A DNA stretch of 64,000 nucleotides from an uncultured Acidobacteriota bacterium (lineage in GTDB: Bacteria > Acidobacteriota > JAQAZP01): assembly GCA_963836075.1 (NCBI GenBank), contig CAWIIB010000009.1:1792001-1856000 (forward strand). The letters run 5' to 3'. This document shows positions 1-11,265 of the stretch, piece by piece. Within the stretch, counting starts at the first letter, position 1, and the number at the start of each line of letters is the position of its first letter. The notes below the pieces were generated by a model. It worked only from the letters and a program-made list of their open reading frames with translations. It was not told where the DNA came from and searched no databases. Made by a program: the position numbers and the translations under genes.

Positions 1-1699
1 GGTTCTGCACCTGCTGCGACACCACGCGAACCCCGGCGGGGGCTGAAGCCGGCGGCTTGATCCACAGCGGCACGTGCAGCAGTTCCCGGTGGACCGAGTG
101 GACATGTCCCCAGGACCCGTGTTCGAAGAACTCTTCGCCATGGTCCGAGCAGATCAGCAGCAGGCAACGGTCCCAGAGCCCCAGTGCCTTCAGCTGTTCG
201 AACAGCTGCCCCAGGGCCTGGTCGGTGTGCCGGACTTCGGCATCGTAGCGGGTGAGGAGCTCATGCCGCTGTGCGGCGCCGACCTCGATGGTTCGCGCCT
301 TTTCCTTCTGGGCGTAGAGAGCGGAGATGGTGATGGTCACCGGGCGATCCGCTCTGGTCATGCCGGCCCCGGGCCTGAAGCCGGGATGATCGTAATACGG
401 GGTGTGGGGGTCCATCAGGTGGAGGTAGAGATAGAATTTCTGCTCCCGGTTTTGTTCGAGCCAGGAGAGCACCGAGGGAAACAGCCGGTCAACCCCCTGG
501 TATCCCTGGTGCAGGGCCCGCAGCAGAATGCTGGTCAGGTTGTAGTTGCCTCGAAACAGCGAGTAGTGGTAGAACCGGCCGGGTTTCCCGGTGGAGTGGA
601 ACTCCCGAAACCCCTGCTGGAACCCGTTGCGCCGTGAAATCAGCTCGTTGTCCGAGAAGGCGGCTGTGCGGTACCCGGCCTGGCCCAGCCGCTCGGCCAG
701 CGTCACTTCCGATTCCTTCAGCGGGCCGGACACGGTCCCCAACCGGCAGGGATGCAGGCCGGTGAGCATGCTCGAGGTGGAGGGAACCGTCCAGGGCGCC
801 TGGCTGGTGCAGTCCGCAAACCTCACCGCCCCGTCCTCCTCGAGGGCGGCCAGCAGCGGTGAGGTATCCTGCGGTCCGCCGTACGCCGACATCCGGTCAG
901 CACGAAGCGTGTCGATGGTCACCATGATGACCGGAGGGCCGTCCGGGTTGTCGCCCGTTGCCGCGGCAGGAACGGGGGGGCGGGCCTTCCTCTCCTGCCA
1001 GCCGGTGATACCCTCCGCCGCCAGGTTCGCACACAGCAGTCCCAGGGCCAGAACGGCCCAGATACGCAGGCTCCGCATCCGGAAGTCCCGCCGATAGCCG
1101 AACAGGGCCAGCCCGCCGGCACAGATGGAAATGCCGGCCAGCACACCGAGGCCGGCAGGCGATAGGCGAGAGAGACCAAGGGTCAGAGGAATGGTCAGCC
1201 CGCTGAACAGCACGGCATTCAGAAAAAAGAGAAGAGCCCGTTGGGCGGCCCATCCCCGTGTCGCGAGGGCCATAGCCCGGGCAAGCTCTACGCTCAAAAT
1301 GAAGTACAGGGTGGGGGGGACGAGAGCGCAGGCCATGGTGTGCACGCTCAAATCGGGATGGATGCGATAGAACGTGGAGAGACGAAGGAAGAGGTGCAGG
1401 CCGGAAGCGGCCCAGCATGCCGTGTAGAACCTGTCGGCATTTGCCTGCCAGAGTGCGCGCCAGCGCAATCCGAAGTACACCGTTCCCGGCAGGGCCCCGA
1501 TTCCAAGGTAGATCAACAGCGCGATGCAGGGCCCTGAACGGAGGGCGGTCAGCGATTCAAAACCCTCCCCGGACATGGTCCCCTGGACGATCATGCCCAG
1601 GGTTTCCAGCATCCAGAGAAGGAGCATGGTCAGGGTGGCGGTCAGCAGGCCGAAGAGCAGTGATCGACCCCATCCAACCTTTTTCGGTGCCTGGGGCAT
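1..1699 (-). CDS. Membrane-anchored sulfatase-like (alkaline phosphatase superfamily) protein, runs off the window edge
   Basis: Translated by hand (absent from the ORF track because no stop falls in the window). ATG at 1699 with GGAG upstream, several N-terminal hydrophobic helices, then VIMVTIDTLRAD, QAPWTVPSTSSMLTG, TLAERLGQAGYRTAAF and LYLHLMDPHTPY motifs. Thr rather than Cys/Ser at the nucleophile position. Confidence 0.8.
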   Translation of the reverse strand, partial: MPQAPKKVGWGRSLLFGLLTATLTMLLLWMLETLGMIVQGTMSGEGFESLTALRSGPCIALLIYLGIGALPGTVYFGLRWRALWQANADRFYTACWAASGLHLFLRLSTFYRIHPDLSVHTMACALVPPTLYFILSVELARAMALATRGWAAQRALLFFLNAVLFSGLTIPLTLGLSRLSPAGLGVLAGISICAGGLALFGYRRDFRMRSLRIWAVLALGLLCANLAAEGITGWQERKARPPVPAAATGDNPDGPPVIMVTIDTLRADRMSAYGGPQDTSPLLAALEEDGAVRFADCTSQAPWTVPSTSSMLTGLHPCRLGTVSGPLKESEVTLAERLGQAGYRTAAFSDNELISRRNGFQQGFREFHSTGKPGRFYHYSLFRGNYNLTSILLRALHQGYQGVDRLFPSVLSWLEQNREQKFYLYLHLMDPHTPYYDHPGFRPGAGMTRADRPVTITISALYAQKEKARTIEVGAAQRHELLTRYDAEVRHTDQALGQLFEQLKALGLWDRCLLLICSDHGEEFFEHGSWGHVHSVHRELLHVPLWIKPPASAPAGVRVVSQQVQN

Positions 1700-1713
1700 T
1701 CGTCGGCTCCGTG

Positions 1714-2958
1714 CTACGGCAGCTCTCCGGCCGCCACGGCCTTGAACAGCTCGCCCAGCAGGGCGGCATTGCGCTTGCGGTCATACTCCCGGAGCACCTT
1801 CTCCCGCCCCGCCTTTCCCATCTGCCGCCGGAGCTCGGGGGCGCGGCCCAGCCGCTCCATCGCCTCGGCCAGCGCCGCGCTGTCACGTTGGGGCACGAGG
1901 ATGCCGGTCACCCCGTTCTCCACTATCTCCGGGATACCGGAGAGCTGGCTGGACACCACCGGCAGGCCGGAGGACATGGCCTCGATGATCACGTTGGGCA
2001 GCCCTTCCCGCAGGCCCTCGGTGGTGTGCACGCTGGGGGTCACGCTGAGGTCGGCCGTGCGCAGGAGCCGGGCCACCTCGTCGCGGGGCAGACTGCCGTG
2101 GATCACGAATTGCTCGCTGAGCCCCGCCGCCGCGATCTGCGCTTCCACCTCGCCGCGCAGCGGCCCGTAACCCACCAGGTGGCAGACGAAGTCCAGGCCG
2201 CGGTCCGCCAGCAGGCGGCAGGCCTCCACCAGGTAGCGGTGGCCCTTCACTTCGAGGAAGGATCCGACGCAGACGATCTGCAGCGGCCCGGAGGGCACCC
2301 GCTGAAAATCGGGCGAGAAGGTGTCGAACTGCACACCGTAGCGGACCACGTTGAACCTGGCCCGCGTCCACTCGCCGTACGATTCGGCCATCAAGTCCCT
2401 GATGTTCTCCGAGCAGCTGACGGCAAAGGATGCGGCGGCGATCTTCCGCTCCAGCATGGTGGTGTCCACGTGCACGTCGTGGCCGTGGGTGGAGAAGCTG
2501 AAGGGCAGGCCGGTGAGCCGGTGGATGATCAGCGCGGCCACGGTGGGGTGGGTGGCGAAGTGGGCGTGGACGTGATCGAAGCCCTGCTCTTCCAGCTCCC
2601 GGGCGAACAGGGTGGCCTTGGGGAAGATCCCGATGGCGCCAACAAAGAAATTGGCGCTGCCCAGGGTGCCGGTGAAAACTTCCCAGAGCACCCTGAAGTA
2701 GGCCACCGGCCGCCGGAACAGATAATAAAGCATGGCCCGGAGGATCTTGAAAGAGAAAAATGGATGGAAATGGGCCTCATCAAGGACTTTTTCCGCTTCT
2801 GGATGGACAATCTTTTCGTTTTCCCGCAGTAGCGGATAGAATTCAACAGAATAGCCCAGCTCCCTCAGGGTCAGAATCTCATAAAGTATGAAAGTTTCCG
2901 TCAGTTTTGGGAAACGGGACATGATGAAGGCGATTTTCAGTGGTTTATTGTCAGTCAA
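1714..2958 (-). CDS. Glycosyltransferase family 4 (WcaL-like)
   Basis: SRFPKLTETFILYEI, HVHAHFA and EGLPNVIIEAMSSGLPVV motifs; probable TTG start at 2958 with GGAG upstream. Confidence 0.9.
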   Translation of the reverse strand: MTDNKPLKIAFIMSRFPKLTETFILYEILTLRELGYSVEFYPLLRENEKIVHPEAEKVLDEAHFHPFFSFKILRAMLYYLFRRPVAYFRVLWEVFTGTLGSANFFVGAIGIFPKATLFARELEEQGFDHVHAHFATHPTVAALIIHRLTGLPFSFSTHGHDVHVDTTMLERKIAAASFAVSCSENIRDLMAESYGEWTRARFNVVRYGVQFDTFSPDFQRVPSGPLQIVCVGSFLEVKGHRYLVEACRLLADRGLDFVCHLVGYGPLRGEVEAQIAAAGLSEQFVIHGSLPRDEVARLLRTADLSVTPSVHTTEGLREGLPNVIIEAMSSGLPVVSSQLSGIPEIVENGVTGILVPQRDSAALAEAMERLGRAPELRRQMGKAGREKVLREYDRKRNAALLGELFKAVAAGELP

Positions 2959-3148
2959 ACAGTGCTGCTCCCGGGATGTGGCCGCCTTCTTTCCGTGGAT
3001 CAACGGATGACCTTTGTCTTTCCTGTTGATAAAAACATAACAGATATGTATATTTGATGGCAAGTGGTCCGGCCAGCGATGGCTCCGGACATCTCCACCA
3101 TCCTTCACCCATTGCACCGGCCTGACGGCCACTGGTCATGAGGTTGAA

Positions 3149-4126
3149 ATGCTCGATCTATCCTCGGTCTATTTCGGGAAGAAGGTCTTCATCACCGGAG
3201 GGTGCGGCTTCATCGGCCACGCCGTGGCCACCAGGCTGGTGGAGCTGGGGGCGCTGGTCACCGTTTACGACTGCCGGTTGAGCCGGAAGAATCCCGAGAT
3301 CAATTACATTGAGGGCGATGTCCGTGATCCGGATCGGCTGGAACAGGCCATGGCGGGCCAGCAATACGTGTTCCACACGTCCGCCATCCTGGGCGTGGAG
3401 AAGATCATCGATATCCCGCTGGAGGTGCTGGAGATCAACCTGGGAGGCACGGTACATGCTCTTCGTGCCGCGGCCGCCGTGGGCGCGGAGCGATTCCTCT
3501 TCACCTCCTCTTCGGAAGTCTATGGCGAGCCGCGCAAAACCCCCATCGCCGAGGATGACCTCACGGCCCCCGTCTCCACCTATGGTGTGGCCAAACTGGC
3601 TGCCGAAGCCTGGTGCCGGGCCTTCTGCCAGGAGGCCGGTCTCAACTGCACCATCATCCGGCTGTTCAATATTTACGGACCGGGGCAGACCGAAAAATTC
3701 GTCATGCCCAAGTTCATCGCCCGGGTGATGGACAACCAGCCGCCGATCATCTTCGGCAACGGTGAGCAGTCGCGGTCCTACACCTTCATCACCGATGCTG
3801 TCCGCGGCATCCTGCTGGCCGCCGCCGCGGACGACGCCGTGGGCCAGACTTTCAACATCGGTAACGACCAGGAGATCAGCCTCAATGAACTGGCCCGGTT
3901 CATCATCAATCACTCGGGCTACGACCTGGAGCCGACCTACCGGCCCTTCGGTGACGGCATCCGGGTGGAAACCCGTGAGATTCTGAGGAGGCAGCCCGAT
4001 ATCAGCAAGGCACGCCGTGTCCTCGGATTCAGAATATCGGTACCCTGGCCCGAAGGCGTGGCGCGGTTCACGGAAAGCTATATCCAACAGAACAAGATGT
4101 CCCGACTGCTGTCCGAGCAGCACTGA
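3149..4126 (+). CDS. NAD-dependent epimerase/dehydratase (extended SDR, nucleotide-sugar)
   Basis: TGGCGFIG, TSSSEVYG, YGVAK and RLFNIYGPGQ motifs. Confidence 0.9.
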   Translation: MLDLSSVYFGKKVFITGGCGFIGHAVATRLVELGALVTVYDCRLSRKNPEINYIEGDVRDPDRLEQAMAGQQYVFHTSAILGVEKIIDIPLEVLEINLGGTVHALRAAAAVGAERFLFTSSSEVYGEPRKTPIAEDDLTAPVSTYGVAKLAAEAWCRAFCQEAGLNCTIIRLFNIYGPGQTEKFVMPKFIARVMDNQPPIIFGNGEQSRSYTFITDAVRGILLAAAADDAVGQTFNIGNDQEISLNELARFIINHSGYDLEPTYRPFGDGIRVETREILRRQPDISKARRVLGFRISVPWPEGVARFTESYIQQNKMSRLLSEQH

Positions 4127-4169
4127 TCATTTCACTCCGCCGCTTCTACGGATGCTGAGAGGACCAACC

Positions 4170-5390
4170 ATGGAACGGATCAGGATCGCCACCCTGTTCA
4201 ACCGGCTGAACATCGGGGGCGATGAGAACCGGGTGCTCAATTACGCCCGTTCCTATGACCGGGACCGCTTCGACTACCGGATGGTGGTGCTGGTCCGTCC
4301 CACAAAGGAGCAGGAAGATGCCGCCGGTCCCATGCTGGCCCGGTTCGAGGAGCATGGCATCCTGGTGGATTTCCTCGACGAGACAGCGCGCTTGACCTAC
4401 CGCCGCCTCCCCTTTCCCCTTTCCACGTTGCGCGACCTTGGCGCCTTCGGCAGGGTGGGGCTCCGGCTGGTCCGCTATTTTCGCCGGCACCGGATCGATG
4501 TGCTGGACACCCGGGGGGTGAACACCATCGCTCTCGGCTCGCTGGCTGCACGGCTGGCCGGCGTGCCGGTGATCCTGGCCACCGAGTATTTCCTCGACAA
4601 TTGGAAATCCGGCTTCGGGCCTTTTCTTCGCCGGCACCTCTTCCGATTCGTTGATGCCCTGGTCACCGACTCGCACACCCGCACCCGCGATTTCCGGGCC
4701 TACTTCCCGCGCAGCGATGGCCGGGTGTACATGGTGCCCAACGGCATCTTTCCCCCGCAGACCGCCCTCAGCCGTGCGGAAGCCAGAACCCGGATGGGTG
4801 TGCCGGACCACCCGGATACCGTGGTGCTGGGCCAGGTCAGCCGGTTGATCAAGTACAAGGGACATGAAGTGCTGCTCCAGGCCGCGCCGCGGATCCTGGA
4901 GCAGGTGCCCGGAGCCTTCTTCATCATCTGCGGATTCGCCGCACGGTTCTCCGACTACGAAGAGCAGTTGAACCGCATGGCGGTGGAGCTGGGCCTTGCG
5001 GACCGCGTGCGCATTGGCGGCTACCCGGGCCCCATCGCCGATGTCTGGGCCGCGGTGGACCTCCACGTCCACGCCACGGTCTACGATTCCTCGCCCATCG
5101 CGATCCACGAGACCATGGCCCTTGGCCTGCCCGCGGTGGCCTCGGCCACCGGAGACATTCCCGACCTGATCGAGGACGGCCGAACCGGGCTGCTGGTCCC
5201 CCCCGGCGATTCCGATGCCCTGGCCGCCGCGGTGATCCGCGTCCTCACCGAGGACGGACTGGCCGCCCGTCTCGGCGCGGCGGCCCGCCTGCGCTACGAG
5301 GCCAACCACCGCCCCGAGATCATGGCCCGCGGCCTGGAGCGGATCATGCTGGAGATTCTGGGGAAGAAGAGGGGACCGCAGTTACCCTGA
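4170..5390 (+). CDS. Glycosyltransferase family 4
   Basis: GT-B motifs SRLIKYKGH, PIAIHETMALGLP and IEDGRTGLLVPPGD; ATG at 4170 after GAGGA. Confidence 0.85.
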   Translation: MERIRIATLFNRLNIGGDENRVLNYARSYDRDRFDYRMVVLVRPTKEQEDAAGPMLARFEEHGILVDFLDETARLTYRRLPFPLSTLRDLGAFGRVGLRLVRYFRRHRIDVLDTRGVNTIALGSLAARLAGVPVILATEYFLDNWKSGFGPFLRRHLFRFVDALVTDSHTRTRDFRAYFPRSDGRVYMVPNGIFPPQTALSRAEARTRMGVPDHPDTVVLGQVSRLIKYKGHEVLLQAAPRILEQVPGAFFIICGFAARFSDYEEQLNRMAVELGLADRVRIGGYPGPIADVWAAVDLHVHATVYDSSPIAIHETMALGLPAVASATGDIPDLIEDGRTGLLVPPGDSDALAAAVIRVLTEDGLAARLGAAARLRYEANHRPEIMARGLERIMLEILGKKRGPQLP

Positions 5391-5416
5391 GTGGCTCGCC
5401 TCGCCGTGGTCGAAAT

Positions 5417-5640
5417 TCAAATCCCCCCGACGATCGTCTTGATGACTGAGCCGTTGTAAGCGATTGCCCAGCCGGTCTGACTGCCTGCGAAGGAGACGCC
5501 CACGAGGGAAGCAGGCGTGGTGGCATCCTGTTCATTCCAGGTGGCACCGCCGTCATTCGTATGGAGAATCATGCTGGTGTTGTCGTTCCATCCCCCGACG
5601 GCCCAGAGTTTGCCGCTGCCCTGGCACGCAAGTAATCCTG
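5417..5640 (-). pseudogene. Remnant 3' end of a YCF48/BNR-repeat gene
   Basis: Minus frame reads KLWAVGGWNDNTSMILHTNDGGATWNEQ...LVGVSFAGSQTGWAIAYNGSVIKTIVGGI*; an in-frame stop lies just upstream and there is no start codon ahead of the repeat. Confidence 0.6.
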
Positions 5641-5995
5641 GGCCAGTTCACCCATTTGTTGCGCCGGATGCATGTCATCCTGAGACGATTGACGCATGCG
5701 TCGGTAAGTGCAACATCATCAAACATTACGGAATTTACAGGAGGGAGGTCCGTCTGAATATGTCCGGTAAAATATTCGTTGCATATAATACCTATAGTGT
5801 ATATATTCAATTGCGCTGCACTGGATGACAAGGAATCTGCAATACAGGTTGACAGACTGTTGTATGCCTTGGCCTCTTTGCGTCCTTCCAACTAAAACCT
5901 GATCGAACTTCAAGGCCCTCGGTATCTGTTTTTCAATGAGTATTGCCGTGGAGCTGAACAACTGCGACACACAACAAACAAGAGGAGTCAGGCCA

Positions 5996-7579
5996 ATGAA
6001 GTTCTCTACCATTATTGCCAAGCGCATCCCAGGTTTACTCTTCTGTGCTCTTTTGACCGGAATCGTTATCATCGCCGTCCCGGTCTGGGGCCAGGTGATC
6101 AATGAGGATACCAAGCTGGTGGCAAACGACGGCGCGGCGTATGACGGGTTCGGCAAGTCCGTCGCCATCGCCGGCGGCATGATCGCCATCGGGGCCTGGG
6201 ATGATGACGACAATGGCCCCGGTTCGGGGTCCGCCTACGTGTTCGATGCGGCCACCGGCGGGCAGTTGGTCAAGCTCCTCCCGAACGACGGGGGTGCCGG
6301 TGAAGCATTTGGCATATCCATCGCCATCGACAACGGGATCGTTGCCGTGGGGGCGTGGAGTGACGGGGATAGCGGCACATGGTCCGGCTCCGCCTATCTC
6401 TTCGATGCTTCCACCGGTACACAGCTCTTCAAGCTCCTCTCCACCGATGGAGCCGCGGACGACTGGTTCGGCAGTTCCATCGCCATCGCTGACGGCATCG
6501 TCGCCGTCGGGGCCTACAAAGACGACGACAACGGCACCAACTCCGGCTCCGCCTATCTCTTCGATGCCTCCACCGGAATGCAGCTCTTCAAACTCCTCCC
6601 CGATGACGGCAGTGAGGACGATGAATTCGGCAACTCCATTGCCATCGCTGGGGGAGTGGTCGCCGTTGGGGCGCACCAGGACAACCCCTACGATTCCTGG
6701 TCCGGGTCAGCATATCTGTTCGATGCGTCCACCGGCCTGCAGCTCGCCAAACTCATCCCGCTTGACGGAGAAGCCCTCGACCAGTTCGGCGAGTCGATCG
6801 ACATCGACGGTGATGTTGTTGCCGTCGGGGCACGGTTCGGCGATACCTTCGGCCATGGCTGGGCGTATCTGTTCGATGCCACCTCCGGCGCTCAGACGGC
6901 CAAACTCGTTCCAGCCGACCCGGCGATCGGAGCCAACTTCGGCATGTCCGTCGGCATCGACAATGGTGAGGTGGTTGTTGGGGCCTTCAAGGACGACGAC
7001 AATGGTTTCCAGTCCGGCTCCGCGTACCGTTTTGATGCTTCCAGCGGAGCAGAGACCGCCAAACTCCTCCCCAGCGACGGAGCGTCGGGAGACTACTTCG
7101 GCCAGTCCATCGCCATCGAAAATGGTGTCGTCGTCGTTGGAGCACTCCAGGACGACGACAACGGCCTCAGCTCCGGCTCCGCCTATGTTTTTGGCACCCC
7201 GGGTTTCACGTCCACGGTGTCGGCAGCGATGACCTGCAAGCCGTCCTCGGGAACGGTGCCCTTCGTGACGCTGATGACGGTGACGCTGAATAACCTATAC
7301 CTGGATCAGATCCGGCGGGTGTCGGCCCATCTGGACGTGGTATTGGCCGGCGGCGCCGAGTACCCCAACTGGCGGGCCGGGTATACCAACGTGGCTGCGG
7401 GGTCCAGCCTCATCTCCTCCTGGAACCAGAACATCCCGTCACTGGGCGCAGTGATCGGGAACAATGTGTTCACGGTGGTGGCCCAGGACGTGACGCCTGC
7501 GCCATACAACCAGCCGCCCTACCCGCCGGCGGGGGACACGGCCACTGCCGGCTGCACGGTTACCGGGGTATCGCCATAG
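5996..7579 (+). CDS. Secreted FG-GAP repeat (beta-propeller) protein with C-terminal PYNQPPYPP domain
   Basis: Signal peptide; about 7 repeats of KLLxxDGxxxDxFGxSIAI...VAVGA...GSAYLFD; ends DVTPAPYNQPPYPPAGDTATAGCTVTGVSP. Confidence 0.85.
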   Translation: MKFSTIIAKRIPGLLFCALLTGIVIIAVPVWGQVINEDTKLVANDGAAYDGFGKSVAIAGGMIAIGAWDDDDNGPGSGSAYVFDAATGGQLVKLLPNDGGAGEAFGISIAIDNGIVAVGAWSDGDSGTWSGSAYLFDASTGTQLFKLLSTDGAADDWFGSSIAIADGIVAVGAYKDDDNGTNSGSAYLFDASTGMQLFKLLPDDGSEDDEFGNSIAIAGGVVAVGAHQDNPYDSWSGSAYLFDASTGLQLAKLIPLDGEALDQFGESIDIDGDVVAVGARFGDTFGHGWAYLFDATSGAQTAKLVPADPAIGANFGMSVGIDNGEVVVGAFKDDDNGFQSGSAYRFDASSGAETAKLLPSDGASGDYFGQSIAIENGVVVVGALQDDDNGLSSGSAYVFGTPGFTSTVSAAMTCKPSSGTVPFVTLMTVTLNNLYLDQIRRVSAHLDVVLAGGAEYPNWRAGYTNVAAGSSLISSWNQNIPSLGAVIGNNVFTVVAQDVTPAPYNQPPYPPAGDTATAGCTVTGVSP

Positions 7580-7605
7580 TGTGAAGCACCACAGGTGCCG
7601 GGACG

Positions 7606-7642
7606 AAAATGGGGACTGGCAGCTTTTTGCCTGTCCCCGATT
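7606..7642. repeat. REP-like palindrome AAAATGGGGACTGGC...GCCTGTCCCCGATT, copy 1
   Basis: Imperfect inverted repeat between convergent genes; same arms at 44679, 45534 and 48614. Confidence 0.75.
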
Positions 7643-7656
7643 ATTTCCCGGGCAGA

Positions 7657-8412
7657 TCATTTCTTCCCCGAAATCCTGGCCTTCAGCCTGGCGATCCGTG
7701 CCTTGCACTCGTCCTGCTCCAGTGACCAGAGCTGCTGCTCCAGTTCCAGACTTACGGCTTCGCCATGGTCGGTCACCGCGGCCATGCCACGCATGGTGGA
7801 CTTGAGACGCCGGGCCAGTTCCGGCGGTGTTGAGGCGGCGTGCCGGGCCAGACGGATGGCTTCCTCGAGCAGCACATCGTCATCGACGCACTTCCAGGCC
7901 AACCCGCGGTCAACTGCCGCCTCGCCGACCAGTGGTTCTCCGCAGAGCACCACCGCCGCCGCTCCCTGGGGACCGAGCAGCTGCTGCATCATCCAGGTGT
8001 GGCCGCCCCCCGGGTGCAGGGCGATGTCGATGAAGCGGGACTCGAATCGGGCTTTACTTGAGGCCACTCTCACGTCGCAGGCCAGGGCGAGGTTCAGCCC
8101 GGCGCCCACGGCCGGACCGTTCACCGCGGCGATGGTGGGGTAGGGGAAGTTGGCCACGGCCAGGAACCCGCTGTAGATCCGCTCCAGCTTTTTCCGGTCG
8201 GCCTGCTCCAGGTCGTCGAGAACCGCGCCGGCGGAAAAGGCCGGCGGCGCGCCGGTGATTACCAGCGCTCCGGTTTCACCCGCGGCCAACAGTCCGTCGA
8301 GGGCGCCGACGATATCTTCGGCCAGGGCCAGTGAGATGGCGTTGCGGCGGCCCGGGTCGTTGAGGGTGAGGACGGCCACGCGGTCCTGGGTTTCGATGCG
8401 GATCAGGTTCAT
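7657..8412 (-). CDS. Enoyl-CoA hydratase/isomerase (crotonase family)
   Basis: AFSAGA and PTIAAVNGPAVGAGLNLALACD motifs; overlaps the stop of the upstream Mo-subunit gene. Confidence 0.9.
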   Translation of the reverse strand: MNLIRIETQDRVAVLTLNDPGRRNAISLALAEDIVGALDGLLAAGETGALVITGAPPAFSAGAVLDDLEQADRKKLERIYSGFLAVANFPYPTIAAVNGPAVGAGLNLALACDVRVASSKARFESRFIDIALHPGGGHTWMMQQLLGPQGAAAVVLCGEPLVGEAAVDRGLAWKCVDDDVLLEEAIRLARHAASTPPELARRLKSTMRGMAAVTDHGEAVSLELEQQLWSLEQDECKARIARLKARISGKK

Positions 8413-11265
8413 TTTTTCCCCTTAAGCGCCTTCAAGATCTTCTCCGGCGTGATCGGCAGGTCCTTGATCCAGACGCCGGTGGCGTTGGCGATGGCGTGGG
8501 CCACCGAGCCGAGCACCGGGAGGGTCGATCCCTCGCCGATCTCCTTGGCGCCGAAGGGTCCCTGGGGTTCGTAGGAGTCGACGATGCCGCTGAAGATCTC
8601 CGGGGCGTCCTTGATGGTCATGATCAGGTAGCCGTGGAGGTCGGGGTTGAGGATGCGGCCCCGTTCGTCGAACTGCACGTCCTCCATCAGCGTTTCGCTG
8701 GCCCCCATGACGATGGCCCCCTCCACCTGGCCGTGCACCGCCTGGGGATTGATCGGCGTGCCGCAGTCGTGGGAGTCGGTGAAGCGCTCGATGTCCACCT
8801 TGCCGGTGCCCATGTCCACCTGCAGCTCGCAGACCGATGAGCCGAAGGAGTAGGCCGGGCTGGTGCCCACCGTGGCGCCCTTGTAGTCGCCGCCCAGGCC
8901 GTCCGGCGGCTTGTAGCAGCCGGTGCCCACCAGCGGGCCCTTGTCGTTGAAGTACTTGCGGGCCGCTTCGGCCCAGGGTTCGCTCTTTTCCTCGTTGCCG
9001 CGGACAAAGACCTTGCCGCCGCCCACCTCCACCTCGTCCTCGCTGCACTCCAGCAGTTTGGCGGCGTAGGGCCGCATCTTGTTCACCACGTCCTCGCCGG
9101 CCCGGGAGACGGCGTGGCCGCCCATCAGGGTGATCCGCGAGGAGTAGGCGCCGAGGTCGATGGGCGAGATGTCGCTGTCCTCGCTGCGCATCCTGAGCTT
9201 GGACACCGGGATGCCCAGCGACTGGGCGCACATCTGGGAGAGCACCGTGTCCGAGCCCTGGCCGATCTCGGCGGCGCCGATCATCAGCACCGCCGCTTCG
9301 CCGTCCTCGGTGACCTTCACCACCGCGTTGGAGTGGGGGAAGATCGACTTCTTCTGGAAGTGCTCGCGCCCCTTCTCGTGGGACAGCTGCACCTGGCCGC
9401 GGTAGATGCTGTAGCCGGCGCCGGAGACAAAGCCGCCGCAGCCGATGCCGATGCCCCGGCCCTCGGGCAGCAGGCCGTACTTCTCCTTCCAGCCGCTGTC
9501 CTTTTCCACCGCGTCGAGGGTGGCCCGGAACTCGCAGCTGTCGATGTCCAGGTCGTTCACCGTCGTCGTCTTCGGCGTCATGGCATTTCTTTTGCGGATG
9601 GTGATCGGGTCGATGCCCATGTCGTCGGCCATCATCGAGAGCAGGCACTCGAAGGCGAAGCGGGGCTGGGGCACGCCGTGGCCGCGCATGGCGCCGCAGG
9701 CCGGCTTGTTGGTCATCACCCGGTAGCCGTCATACTTGTAGTTGGGGATGTGGTAGAGCGTGGGCATCATCGAGCCGGCGTAGTACGCCGTGGCCACGCC
9801 GAACGAGGTGTAGGCCCCGCCATCGAGGTGGATCTCGCTCTGGAAGGCCTTGATCACCCCGTCCTTGTCCAGGCCCAGCTTCATCTTCATGTGCTGCTTG
9901 TGCCGGCCGCGGCCGTAGTGGAACATCTCCGACCGCGAGTAGACCATCTTCACCGGCCGGCCGGTCTCGCGGCTGAGCAGCGCCGAGAGAATGTCCAGCG
10001 GCGTGGTGGCCGCCTTGCCGCCGAACCCGCCGCCCACCGTGGGGCGGATCACCCGGATGCGGCCCAGGGGGATGTGCAGCACGTGGGCCATCATGTACTG
10101 CACGTAGTGCGGGACCTGGGTGGACGAGTAGAGCAGCAGGGAGCCGTCGTGCTCCCAGGTGGAGATGGAGGCGTGGGGCTCCAGCGGCGACTGGTAGATG
10201 CTGTTGCCGGTGAAGGTTTCCTCGCGCACCTGGAATGACTCGGCGAAACCTTGCTCGATGTCACCGAAGTTCTGCTTGACGTGGGTGCCCACGTTCCTGG
10301 TGTAACGGTCGTGGAGCTGGGGTGCGCCTTCGGCCATGGCCGACTGGGGGTCGAGCACCGCCGGCAGTTCCTCGGTACTCCACCTCGATCAGTTCCAGCG
10401 CCTGTTCGGCGGTCTTTTCGTCGATGGCGGCCACCGCGGCCACCTCGTCCCCCACGTGACGCACCTTGCCGCCGATCTTGGCCAGCACGTGCTCGTCGTA
10501 GCGGGCCGGTGAGACGCCGTACTTGGTGTCGGTGACCTCGTCACCGGTGAGCACGCAGAGCACCCCGGGCAGGGCCCGGGCCTTTGACGCGTCCACCTTC
10601 TTCACGATGGCGTGGGCGTAAGGCGAACCGAGGATCTTGCCGTGGATCATGTTCGGCAGCTGGATGTCGGCGGTGTAGACCGCCCGGCCGGTGACTTTGT
10701 CCGCCGAGTCCACCCGGGGGATGGGGACACCCACCCCGCCGTCCTTGGGGTCGGAGATCGGCGGCTTGGTGCCGTGGTCCACCCTGGGCGGAGCGTCGCC
10801 GTCGCCGGCGTATTCCTTGTAGCGCCTCACCGCCCGCATGATGCCGCCGTAGCCGGTGCAGCGGCAGAGGTTGCCGGAGAGCGCGGTCTTGATCTCATCG
10901 TCGGTGGGGTCTGGGTTCTTGCTGATCAGGGCCGTGGCCGAGATCACCGTGCCCGGTGTGCAGAAACCGCACTGGATTCCGCCTTCCTCAACGAAAGCCC
11001 GCTGCATGGCACTCAGCTTGCCGTTATCGGCCAGACCCTCGATGGTGGTGATCTCTTTCCCCTCCATCTCGGCGGCCAGCAGCAGGCAGCTGTTCAGCGG
11101 CTCGCCGTCCACCAGCACGGTGCAGGCGCCGCAGTCGCCCACATTGCAGCCTTTCTTGGTTCCTGTGAGACCGAGTTTCACACGCAGGGCGTCCAGCAGG
11201 GTGTCGCTGGTCTCCACCACTGTCTTGTAAGGCTGGCCATTGACCTTCAGCGTCAGGGTGATCAT
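8409..11265 (-). CDS. Xanthine-dehydrogenase-family molybdenum hydroxylase with [2Fe-2S] subunit fused to the Mo subunit (4-hydroxybenzoyl-CoA reductase HcrC+HcrA-like); frameshift near 10375
   Basis: Starts MITLTLKVNG with GCNVGDCGAC, QCGFCTPG and NLCRCTGY, continues in frame into KVTGRAVYTADI. After a one-base shift (EVEY/ELPAVLDP) it has GGGFGGK, GAMRGHG, GQVEG and GAKEIGEG. Confidence 0.85.
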
